NCBI GenBank assembly: GCA_052426225.1
Contig: JBNJNM010000008.1
Span: 620,001 to 684,000, forward strand
DNA: 64,000 nucleotides
Direction of reading: 5' to 3'
Source: Zancudomyces culisetae HAW-14-8
Taxonomy: Eukaryota; Fungi; Kickxellomycota
The position numbers were made by a program, and so were the translations under genes. The notes under the pieces are model-generated. The model made no database searches. It worked only from the letters and a program-made list of their open reading frames with translations, and was not told the origin of the DNA. Shown piece by piece: positions 27,001 to 37,000 of the stretch. The stretch's first letter is position 1. The number at the start of each line of letters is the position of its first letter.

Positions 27001-29240
27001 TTCTCCGCATTCAGCTGCATACTCAACCGCGGCTCTTCCGTCTCTGTGCCTGACGTCGATGTAGATTTCGATTTCAATGACGGATCACCATTTCCAGGTT
27101 CTTTCTTGACAACATCCCAAACAGCTTGCGACCGCAGCGCTGCATTCTCATACAGCAACATATTGCGCTGGTGTGTAACTGTGTCGGCATCATTGGCAAC
27201 TGACTCCACCGTCTGCAATATGTTTTTCAGCTGCGATTCTTGTTTCAACAGCTTTTCAGTAAATTGACTTCTCATCTCCTTAATCTGCGTGTTTAACCCA
27301 TCTATCGTATGTCTGCTCACCCGCAATAAGTCCTCCAGCACCAACACCTTGCTTTTCAAACTGCCTACCAGCCCTCCTGACTGGTTTGCCACTTCTTGCT
27401 CCAACTCGTTTATTATCTTGGTTGTCTTTTCCAGCTTTTCTCGCAGATCCAACGACTCTCTAATCACCTCTTCTAAACTCTCGTCATTCGAAAACTTATC
27501 AATCATATACCCCACTTTGTTCGACCCAGCTCCAGGTGACTGGCCATTACTCCCGACCAGTTGTGGCTGAAGATCGTGTTCCAACACTTGGTCAATCAGC
27601 TTGTCTATTATCTGAAGCTTCTTTACCACATCTGCCCTATCGTCCTCAACATATTTACTTTTCCCTCCTCCCAATGACACCTCCGCCCTCGCATCATTCA
27701 ATACCAGCAAGTGCTGTACCACCGAAAACAAATAGTCTCCAACCTGATCGTCACTGCTGAACACTGCTCTCAACCTGCCCAAAACATCTTCAACATCCTC
27801 TTCTACTGCCTCTTCATCTCTGCTTGCCGTCTCAAGAAGCTCCGTATAATCTTGTTCCATTTCTCTCACATACTTGTCTATCTGCAGATCTATCAACGCA
27901 CTGTTAAACTGCCTTAGCTTCTTCACCACGTTTTCTAACCCCGCTGAACTCAGCTGTGTCCGATATTCTGTTCTTATCTCCGCATACTCACACACTGAGA
28001 TTATCGAATTCACCAAAATCATACTTGCTAGCCCAAAATCTATAATTTCCCTATCCGGCGCTCCCGCATTAACATCTTTGCTCCTACCTGCCCCTGCCGT
28101 ACCCTGCCCCACATTCAACAAATCTATTGCCTCCTCCATTGACGCCACCCACACATCAAATATCGATCCTCCATACTTCTTCTCCTCTTCCCTCACCTCT
28201 TGCAACCTCTCTATTCCCTTCAATACTTGCTCATGCCCAAACTGTGGCTCACTATAGCAAATAAACGTCAACTGTTCCGAAACCAGCTTTCGTGTCTGCA
28301 ACGACTGTGAATCCAGCGACAAACATAACGATTCTATACATTCTGGAACCCTCAACGCCTCCTGTGCCCCCCATTCTATATTCATTATTGTCTTTATACA
28401 TCTAACTATCTCGAGTTCGCGTCCATTTTCATCACTATTTCTTCTTCGCTCTCCCCCATTTATTTGCTTAAGCTGCCGCGCCAAATACACTAACCCATCC
28501 CGGTCTACAAACTCTCGCACCCAGTTTATATGCTGCGTCCCCAAACATACCCGCAAATGTACCAGCATTTTTATCTCAATTCCAGTAATATCCGCCTCCT
28601 TCTCCTTAAACATCCTACAAAATGCTGCCGGTGTTGATTTCACCAGTCTGTTTTCTTGATATTTTGACTGCGAATGCAACAGCTGGATCTTGTTGTCTAT
28701 CGACATTGACCTCATCTGTGCCCTCTGTGTCTCTTTAATATTCATCTCCTCCATCATCTCCTCCAGCTTCGTATTAACCTCATTAGTTCGCCGATCATCA
28801 GCAAGCAAAAACGTTTTCAGCCTCTTTGCCGTATCTCCATCCCCTCCACTCTGTCGCTGTACATGTATACTGCCTTTTTCTGAAATACCACTACTGACCC
28901 GCGACGTAATCTGCTCCCTCGATGAGGTTGGACTCGTCGAATTCCATCTGGACGCACTCAAATTGCTAAACAACGAAGCTGTGCTTGCCCCTGAACCTCG
29001 GTACTCATGCCTGTTATCCCCACTACTACCTTTCTTTGTCGATCCAGCTTTCCCCCCAGATGTTATCGCGCTGGTACGTGATAGCACCCGTGGATCGATC
29101 GATATAGGAACAAACTGCATCTTGCCTGAATCCAGCTTGTAATTGTTTTCCTCTGGGTCAATTTCGGAGTATGGCTCCGAAATGCTCCGGATTGTGCTGG
29201 CATTTTTCTCTTTGTTCTTCGACTTTCTGAGAAAAGACAT
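24063..29240 (-). CDS. Formin B (Diaphanous-related SepA/Bni1-like), intronless, 1725 aa
   Basis: GBD/FH3 region, long poly-Pro FH1 (~26230-26405), FH2 lasso KLKAVQWEKV..FW, IGNYMNGAGFRGGAFGF, and DAD motif GAIDDLLNSL. Confidence 0.95.
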   Translation of the reverse strand: MSFLRKSKNKEKNASTIRSISEPYSEIDPEENNYKLDSGKMQFVPISIDPRVLSRTSAITSGGKAGSTKKGSSGDNRHEYRGSGASTASLFSNLSASRWNSTSPTSSREQITSRVSSGISEKGSIHVQRQSGGDGDTAKRLKTFLLADDRRTNEVNTKLEEMMEEMNIKETQRAQMRSMSIDNKIQLLHSQSKYQENRLVKSTPAAFCRMFKEKEADITGIEIKMLVHLRVCLGTQHINWVREFVDRDGLVYLARQLKQINGGERRRNSDENGRELEIVRCIKTIMNIEWGAQEALRVPECIESLCLSLDSQSLQTRKLVSEQLTFICYSEPQFGHEQVLKGIERLQEVREEEKKYGGSIFDVWVASMEEAIDLLNVGQGTAGAGRSKDVNAGAPDREIIDFGLASMILVNSIISVCEYAEIRTEYRTQLSSAGLENVVKKLRQFNSALIDLQIDKYVREMEQDYTELLETASRDEEAVEEDVEDVLGRLRAVFSSDDQVGDYLFSVVQHLLVLNDARAEVSLGGGKSKYVEDDRADVVKKLQIIDKLIDQVLEHDLQPQLVGSNGQSPGAGSNKVGYMIDKFSNDESLEEVIRESLDLREKLEKTTKIINELEQEVANQSGGLVGSLKSKVLVLEDLLRVSRHTIDGLNTQIKEMRSQFTEKLLKQESQLKNILQTVESVANDADTVTHQRNMLLYENAALRSQAVWDVVKKEPGNGDPSLKSKSTSTSGTETEEPRLSMQLNAEKLAMEVKRLQGQGGSVDRMVSESFARNKIERVLFGDRGVPGGMGSDNYATNPGGSDFSSMDTTVDANPYSSVSKSSNLSNSIKTRDRPRPKRSPIGLKKALDSPDFYQDEDETPDSASVPTSVPVPGSGSVPGPESIPASSDSSTQAPFSSQPKPSAVDQKSLPEPLPGNKEPSDSSSSPSLTPTPISATQDQTPPSALSPPPPPPQPSPPSPPPPPPPPPPPPPPPPPPPPPPPPPPPPPPLSTGGPPPPPPPPPPPSSGGSSPLASQFRQVLGKLDSPNSADGASSFGYNTNSQIASLLQGIGFSGVGGDKSGPGLSNSTVFAPLPRKELRFIPRKKLKAVQWEKVSDQATLVQSFWIQNYSAETNVDQTIEDKLSTAGIFDKVETMFAAKEAVDLNALREKKRREKALAQQQQAGGEGVDDKGAAEAVSILDPKRANNINIMLGRLRKYTFEEIKTALLQLDDSIIGENTIKQFLIYLPTSEERSLLTNQAKNNVLMARADQFLYEMMQVYRYDSRLSVMLTRLTWREKYSELKDDISSVSKASNAVTKSPHIPVLMGVILTIGNYMNGAGFRGGAFGFKISSLSRLLDTKATDNKTTLLHFVALVVEEAFPDALQFLEDLKPLDAACRVSYPELKTELSELQNNLDNAKSELDTYILDNQVEGDAFIPKISEFVQRATIQLNILDSAMTEMDESYTIVARLFGEDPQGMPADEFFAIFKSFCVSFERAIKENAFEKNRKLVAEKRRKQIEAALEARKRERELRNEKSNKSLNSNASINSREASAAKQSKSHEKGAIDDLLNSLRTGAANRIAASASTSPGAGVSNTSSSSITSLFLNQNQNQPTNSNIPIERLRPKRREISSIRHSTYRKSLHRTSISKRALQMLQEMNITSPGAGTGGENIVHSELLEDQMKDSNNASTKSAKNTTITTTLGNNSGKINAMSGGDGDGTTGTNVGTVPDITTKTDDDSTVPQSK

Positions 29241-32200
29241 TTTCTCTTTTGTTTTTCTCCTGTCTTTTGATTGTCTATTTATTTCCTTTTTATTTTCGTT
29301 TTACTACACTGATTTCCCTATTTTCTGTTGTTCTTTGGTAGCTTTGAAGTTGCTAATTTAAAAGCTCCTGTTTATCTTGGTGTTTCATTTCAGTTATTTT
29401 TTTTATCTTTTCACTACTAACTAATAAATAAATAAATAAAATTAGAGCCTACTGTTTATTGTCCGGGTTTTATTTATACCCCTTGTAAATGCTCTCTGTC
29501 TCAAATGTACAATATAATCCAAGTGATGTCAAGCCGCAAAAGAAATGTTCATCTCACTTTAGTTTTCCTTTAGGCCTCTTTTAATTTATTGCTATGGATC
29601 CCTCTGCTATTGTACCTTAAGATTTACTATTTCTTTTACACCTTTGTATTTGTTTGGGTTTTGAGTTTCTTGTATATTTCAAACCCTCAAATATTATTGA
29701 CTTTTTTATTGTGAACTGTAACAATAAAACAAACTAAGCTAAAAAAATCATAATTTGTAATAACGACTCTAAAATTCCTTTATGCAACCTATTATTGTAC
29801 TTTCTATTTTAAGCTATTCTACTCTATTCTATTTTAATTTATTTCATTTTATTGCAAAAACGCTGATTTCCAAAGTGCAAACAAATAATCAAAAGAAAAC
29901 TCGACACGATATTTCTGCAGTTTTCGTTACTATGATTTGCTTCCATTTGATTTACATTTGATAAACCCATGATCTCAAGAGATTTTTTTATTATTGAACT
30001 AAAATTTGAAAGAAGCACTAGATACTGAATTCAAACAAGACACTACAAACTTCCCCGCACTCCCCCGTTCCCTCCCTTTAACACTAAAGAATAAAGATCC
30101 CATAGTATCAGTACAAAGTTGCTTTTATAAATACAACTCTTTTATTTCCAATATCTTCAGCCTACCCTCTGCCCTGTGTACTCCTCCCATCTTATCTTGT
30201 ATAATATAAAAACAAGAACATCTCTTTTCAAATTTCCTCACTCCACTCTCAAAAATCAACAATAAAAACTACAATTAATTGCTTGAATTCAACCACAACA
30301 CTAACCATTATTTTTAGTTCTTCCATAAAAAAAAAGGGCCAAACTCGGTTTATTTATTCTGGATATTATGGGATACTAAGAGAGGGTCGAGAAGATGTGG
30401 CTAGTTGGGTCAGGTTTATACCATATTTTCCACTTTTTTATCTCATCTTTATTCCATTTTATCCTTGCTAGCTCGCCTATAAATAGAGTCAAAAGTTGTA
30501 TTTTTACCAAGTAAAAGAGTATTGCTTCTAGCTTTTACTGATGCAGGGAACGTATTTGTAAAAAAAATGAACGGGAATAATGGCGGAATATTTTTCGTTC
30601 TGTTGTCTTGCTGATAAATGCCATCAAAAAAAATCACACCACATATTCTAGTACTTTTCTTTTATTTAGTAAATGAAAGTATTATACATTTTGGTTTTCT
30701 ATTAATAGTATGGCGGGGAAAACATTTACATGTTTTTACAAATATCTCCCAGTAAGATAAACAGATCAAAGATTAAAAAAAATCCGAGTGATAAATTAGT
30801 CAAAGCTGCTCAAATCAAAACATATATTACAAACCACAGAACAAAATAAAAGAAATTAGAATATTAACACACAACCCCCTTTTTTTTGCATTACCAAACT
30901 TGCCAATTCGTTCAATTGTCAAATAGCTCATCACAACTTACGGTATGATATGATATGCACAAAAGTAGAACTTTACACAAATGTTAAAATTATTATATAT
31001 TGAGAACTATAAAAAGGCTAGTTGAAAAAAAAAACAAAAAATTGTGGTATAAAATTGTAAAATTGTAGTTGGGTGATGGTAATTCAACTCATTTTTTCAT
31101 ATCGGCTGAAGAATGTACATTTTTTTTGATGTATTTAATGATAATTAAAAGAATAGCAACTAGAAATGAGCGTGTAGTATTCAGCTATCTGCTTGGGACT
31201 ATGTTTTGGCATATGCCTAATTATCCAAAAAAGTGTATTTACTTTTTCACTTTCAGTCTTTATCGTGGTGTTCGCGATATCCGGATATTTTCAAGCTACA
31301 CGGATACAATAAACCTAAAGCATGGTGTACCTAATGTGCATTAATAAAATGAAACAAGTGTATGTGTTTTGGTAGTTCATCTAAATGAACAAGAGTAAAA
31401 AATAAAAAGTAAAGGATTCAAGGTGAAACGTAAAAAGTAACTGATATTTAGGTCTAAAGCTTGGCTCATAAATTTTGTATAATATCACAAGGTGTGAGTT
31501 TTTTTTTTTGTTTTGCTCTTTCAATGGCTCTTTTCACACACACAAATAACAGCGTCATGCTATCCATACATTTACACCACCCAATCTTTTACTCTTGCTT
31601 TTTATGCCTTTTGGTGTTTTTGAAGCAAGAAAAACAGGTTTAAACACAGCAAACCCAATCAATACAAATAAAATTCAGCTAAACATCCATGATCATCTTT
31701 GCTGGGGCAAAATCCTTTGGTTTCAGGATTTGACCCTTAATTTTATTCTGTACTACAAATAATAACAATGTGAAATAATAAAAAGGTACGTAGATTAGCA
31801 TTTTTGTGAAACACGAACGAATACACAAGATTAAAAAATAAAATAAAAGTTCATCAGCAATTATTGTTTGTTGGAACTTTATATTTTTTCAGTTAGTTGG
31901 GGTATTGTGGTTGAATATAGAAAACCAACAGCGATTGGCAAATGAATAAGACTGGGAATGCGCGATAAAAAAAATAACCAACAAGGGGGGAGTAAATGGT
32001 GTTTTTAATAAAGAAAATGAACAGACGATTTGCTTAAGGGTTGGGAATGTTAACTTCAGTAAAATAACTTTAACCTTTTAGCATGTGATTGTAATGTATA
32101 TTCCAACACACAGGTACGCAATAAAAACAGTGAGATATGGGCATTTGAGGGGAAATCTTTTCCAGTAGCAGAGTGCACTAGGACAGTTTATTAGCCTTAC

Positions 32201-34056
32201 ACACTTTCAGCTTGAAATATTATATATAGAGCCTACAGCTGTAGAAGTATACCTGGCGAATGGATACCAAAGTGCTCAAACGATGAATTGGAATGAAATT
32301 AATGACTCTTTTATTACTGTAAAAAAACACAAGAGTTGTTGGAGGGTTAAAGAGTCCGAAAGATCGTTGTGTTTGAGGAGACGGCATGTATATGAAATAA
32401 TGTAGTTTTAATTTCCTTCTCTAAATAAAGTATAAGCAGATAATAGCTTCATCTGTTTGTTTGTTGGACAATGAGGAGCGTAATGTGTAATATGTAAAAG
32501 GAAAAGGAGAAGGGAAAAAAGAAAAAAATTATGATTCGTCTCCAAAGTTATGTAACTGAGCTAGACCAATGATCTAATTAGTGTCCAATTTTTATTATAT
32601 ACATAAGGTAAAAATGACCGTTTCAACTGGCTTGAAGGGTGTAAATATATTTTCTGTAAACCAAAGCATAGGCTTTCAAGCGCTATGAAGTGATATGGTT
32701 AATCAATCTCACTCGGTTCCTAATTTTGGAGGCTCAATAAAAGCGAGAATAAAATAAATAAAATGTCCCGAAAGCACAAGAGATTGGCTTTTAAAAGAAA
32801 CTTGCAAACCAAAATTTTTGATTGTTTTTGGAAGAATAAATTTGCATATACTTGTTGCCTAATTATTTATTGTGGATTTAAACAAAGAGAAAAACGTTAC
32901 AAAACTTTGCCAATTAGATAATAAATGATTCAAAAAAATTAATGGCTTGAAATACATCAGCTAAAACTAGAGTATTTATAGCTTTTTAAAATGGTCTGGT
33001 TTTAATCAGCTTACACAGGCTTTTGACTATTGTCACCAGTTGAAAAAAATATTTAAAAAAATACCCAAAAGGTGCGGAGGGAGAGGATGGTGGGAACCAG
33101 TAAAAAAACTTCAACGGTTTTGGACCTCCAGGACTATTTGCGAGTAAAAAAGATAACCAAAATGTTACAAATTTGATCTTTTTGGGTCAACTCAGAAGCT
33201 AGTAGATTTAGTAAATAAAAAAATAAACATTTCTTCTAAAATAAATTAAATATATTAAAACAGGAATTCGGTTTTCAATAAATAAAAAAACTATAACTTT
33301 AGAAATAACACCTCAATGCTATTTCTAACCAGAAGGATATATATACTATCAATTTACGCAAATCAGTGACATATTTATGAGAGTAATTGTTGCTATTTGC
33401 CAAAACGATTCAAGTGTTTTCTGAAGAATTTAGATCATACATTGGGAGAGTTTAAGAGTCTAGAAAAAAGGTAGGTAAAACAAAATTTACAACACTGGTC
33501 TGTGCTTAGAAATCAACACCACTCTGAATATGAATGTATAAAAAAGGGACAAAAAGTAGAGAATGGAAAACGTGATCTTAAGTGTTCTGAGGATTGTGAC
33601 ATTTCTCTGGTACCATTAATCCGAAGCAGATAACATAAGTTATTACAGCTATTTATTTCTGCCGAGGAGTTTATGCTTTTTTTCAGAAGAATCACAATTC
33701 AATAAACCTTGAGACTTTTTGATCAGTAATTTTTGGTTGATTGCATTTAAATGAATGTTATTCACATCTATCCCCATTTTGAGCCATTACAATTTTATAA
33801 AGTATACTAACAGTTACCAAACATATAAAATATCTAGATATTTAGAATTTACGCATATCACATTTGGAAGGGGTCAAAATTGCTTAGTTCTTCAAAGTCA
33901 TTATTGATCACTGAATAAGCATTAACAAATAAAAAAGACAAAGGCAGCGCTCTTGAATAACGCCTATAAATTAACTCTAGTGCCTTAGCATAACGATCAA
34001 GACAGAATACCACTGTACAATATAAATTTCGTCCTAACAGCGCTGTTATTTAACTA

Positions 34057-37000
34057 ATGGATACCGAGAAAAAAATGGAAAAAAACAAAAATAGAAAGTC
34101 TCGTGAGCTTGGAGAGGAGTCGGAGGAGGAACTTGATGAAGACATCTATCTCGAAGATGGGCAAAATCTAGGACAGATAAGCAAACTGAGACATTATGGA
34201 GCAATACGAACCAAGGTGACTAGGATATCGAGAGCAATAGAAACATACCATGCGAAAAAATCAAAAACAGAAGTCTCGAGCCCTGTGACCAGCGGAAGAC
34301 CAATGCTAGCCAAACATCAGGGTGTGGAACAGGATCAAAGTGCTGAAACGGAACATTCCGAAGTCTACGTCAGAATGGCTCAACCAGAGAGAAAATCTGA
34401 GCAGGCCCCAGAAGGCGCTAGAGAAAGGATGCTTAATCTACTCGAAGAGCTAGAGTCAAGTGGAGATGGCAAGCAAAAGGTAATAAAAGAACACCAAGAA
34501 ATAAACAAACAGCCGGCCTTGGCAACCGATCATGAAGGGGTCAACCCCATCTTGGAAAGTGGGGAAGTGATGTCGCGAGCGGTTCCGCTTCCGGGGTATT
34601 TCTTGCTAGATGATTCTGACTATTGGACTGGTGGGTATGTGTTTCAGCTTCGAGGAAAAAATCCAAAGATGTCAATAAGAGTCCCAGGATCTCTAACTAA
34701 ACGGGTCCATTACGAAGTATCTTATGACCATCCAAAAAACAACATTTCAACAGCCAGGTATAATGCGTTTACATTCTTACCGGCTCAGCTAGTTGCACAG
34801 TTTTCAAAAGTGGCAAATATATACTTCTTGTTCATTTCAATATTGCAGCAAGTTCCTGAATGGAGCACTACAGGAAAAGCAACCACTTTGTTTCCATTGA
34901 TGTTTTTCATAACTCTTAGTATTCTACACGAAGGTTATGATGATTTTAGGAGACATAAAATGGATAGAGCCGAAAATACACAGGAAGCCAAAGTTTTGAA
35001 AATCAAAGTACTAAAGTCAAAGGAAAAACAGCATAAATTCATACATGTTCTGCAGGCAAGGGCAGCAAAATTGAGTATTGCTGAAGGGCCAAGAGGTGTG
35101 GTAAAGATGGTAAGGGCTATGAGGAACCTCTTGTGCTTTTCTTCAGTAAGAAGTAAAATCCAAGAAAGAGTTGAAAACAATAGAAGAAAAAAACGAGAAA
35201 CCGAGGAATCTGATGAAGAGGATGAAGGTGAGATTGAGGGCAGGGCGCTCACAGAAAGGAAGAAAGCACCGCCACGGCGTTCTGGCGATAGGCATGTAGG
35301 TTTTATCTTGGAGGATGAAGAAATGTTAAGGAGGAGAAGTACATATAGAGGTAGCGTGCATGTACCCACATCCATGGATATCGAATCAAGAGAAATAGAA
35401 CCAATTAATAGGCGTTCATCACTGGGCGTCTATGAGATCGATAGAAGAGAAAAAAGACAGGGCGAACGAGGTGAGATGAGCCGATCAAGCTTTTCTCTTC
35501 CTACCGACATGATGTATAAGTGGAAGAGTAAGAAGTGGCAAAACTTACAGGTTGGAGACTTGCTGTTAATCGAGGAGAACGAATGGATTCCGGCAGACTG
35601 TGTGCTATTAGCGAGTGATGATAGTGAGGGGGTGTGTTTTATTGAAACTTCATCGCTAGATGGAGAAACTACGCTCAAACAAAAGCAGGCATTACAAATT
35701 ACTGCAAAAAACATTAAAAATACGGATCAGTTGGCGGCATTTCCTGGAATCACGTATACGGAACCACCAGATCCAGATCTGTATTCGTTTGAAGGTTATT
35801 TAGAAGTTGAGGGTATTAAACATGCGCTTACTTCTAACCAGCTGTTGTTGAGAGGGTCAAAGCTACGCAATACCAAGTATGCGTTGGTGCAGGTAATCTA
35901 TTCAGGAGAAGAGACCAAGCTGAGGCTCAATGCTTCAAAAAACATCAGAACAAAGGCTTCACAGCTACAAAGGGTTACCAATAAGATTATTATTGTCGTG
36001 TTTATGGTTTTAATTGCTGCATGTATCGTCTTGACAGTAACCGGTACAGTTACACAGAGAAAGTATGATGATTTGGTCTGGTATTTATACAACTATAAAG
36101 TACCTAATGCTGCCATGTTTTTTGGGTATGTAGTAATGCTTAATACATTGATTCCCATATCATTATATGTAACACTTGAGGGCGTTAAGGTTGCACAGGC
36201 CTTTTTGATGCAAAATGATATTCAGATGTATTATGAAAAGACAGATACCCCGATGGTTGCAAGAACTTCTGCATTGAACGAAGATTTAGGCATGGTGAAA
36301 TATATTTTATCTGATAAAACAGGAACACTGACAGAAAATATAATGAGGTTCAGAGCAGCAATGGTAGCGGGTCTGGCATTTTACCACCAAGATCTTTTAA
36401 CTGTAAAAGAGTCAAATGTTTCAGAAATAAAAACAGTAGAGGAATCAATTTTGAAGAATTATGCCAGTGGGGACCAGAAAAAACGTCGAGACACCACCGC
36501 TACCAAGGACGGGGGTATGGATGTTGGTTGGGGTACTGCTACTGTGAGCAGAGCTTCTAACCAAACAGATAAGGAAATATTCAGAGTTTCAGCAATTGGC
36601 GAGGAAGAGCTTAATACAAGCGGTAAGGACGCTTACCCGGCATATGAAGCCGATATTACGCAATTACCACCAACCACCTTTCTAAGAATGTTATCAGAAA
36701 ACAAAAACTTTTTTGAGGCCCAGCCCCAGTATGTAACAAATGGCCTTCGACTTTCGAGTAACTCTGATGTTCAATCATCTCTGTTTATTCGATCAATGGC
36801 TCTATGTCATACTGTTCAGCCTGATATCGACTCGGAATCACGCTCGGTTGTTGGATATCAAAGCACTTCTCCTGATGAAAAGGCTCTCGTATATTCGGCT
36901 GCCGAATTGGGATACATTCTTCACGAACGAATTGGGCCTGAAGTCAAGATTCGAATAGTTCCTGTTGAGCGAGTATCCAAGTGGAAAGAAACTGTGATAA

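Noticed and set aside
29300-34000. Hidden gene, tRNA or transposon in the 4.8-kb spacer between formin B and flippase B
   Set aside because: I found no convincing exon chain, tRNA boxes or terminal repeats by eye, so I treated it as divergent promoter/UTR sequence. An ncRNA cannot be excluded.
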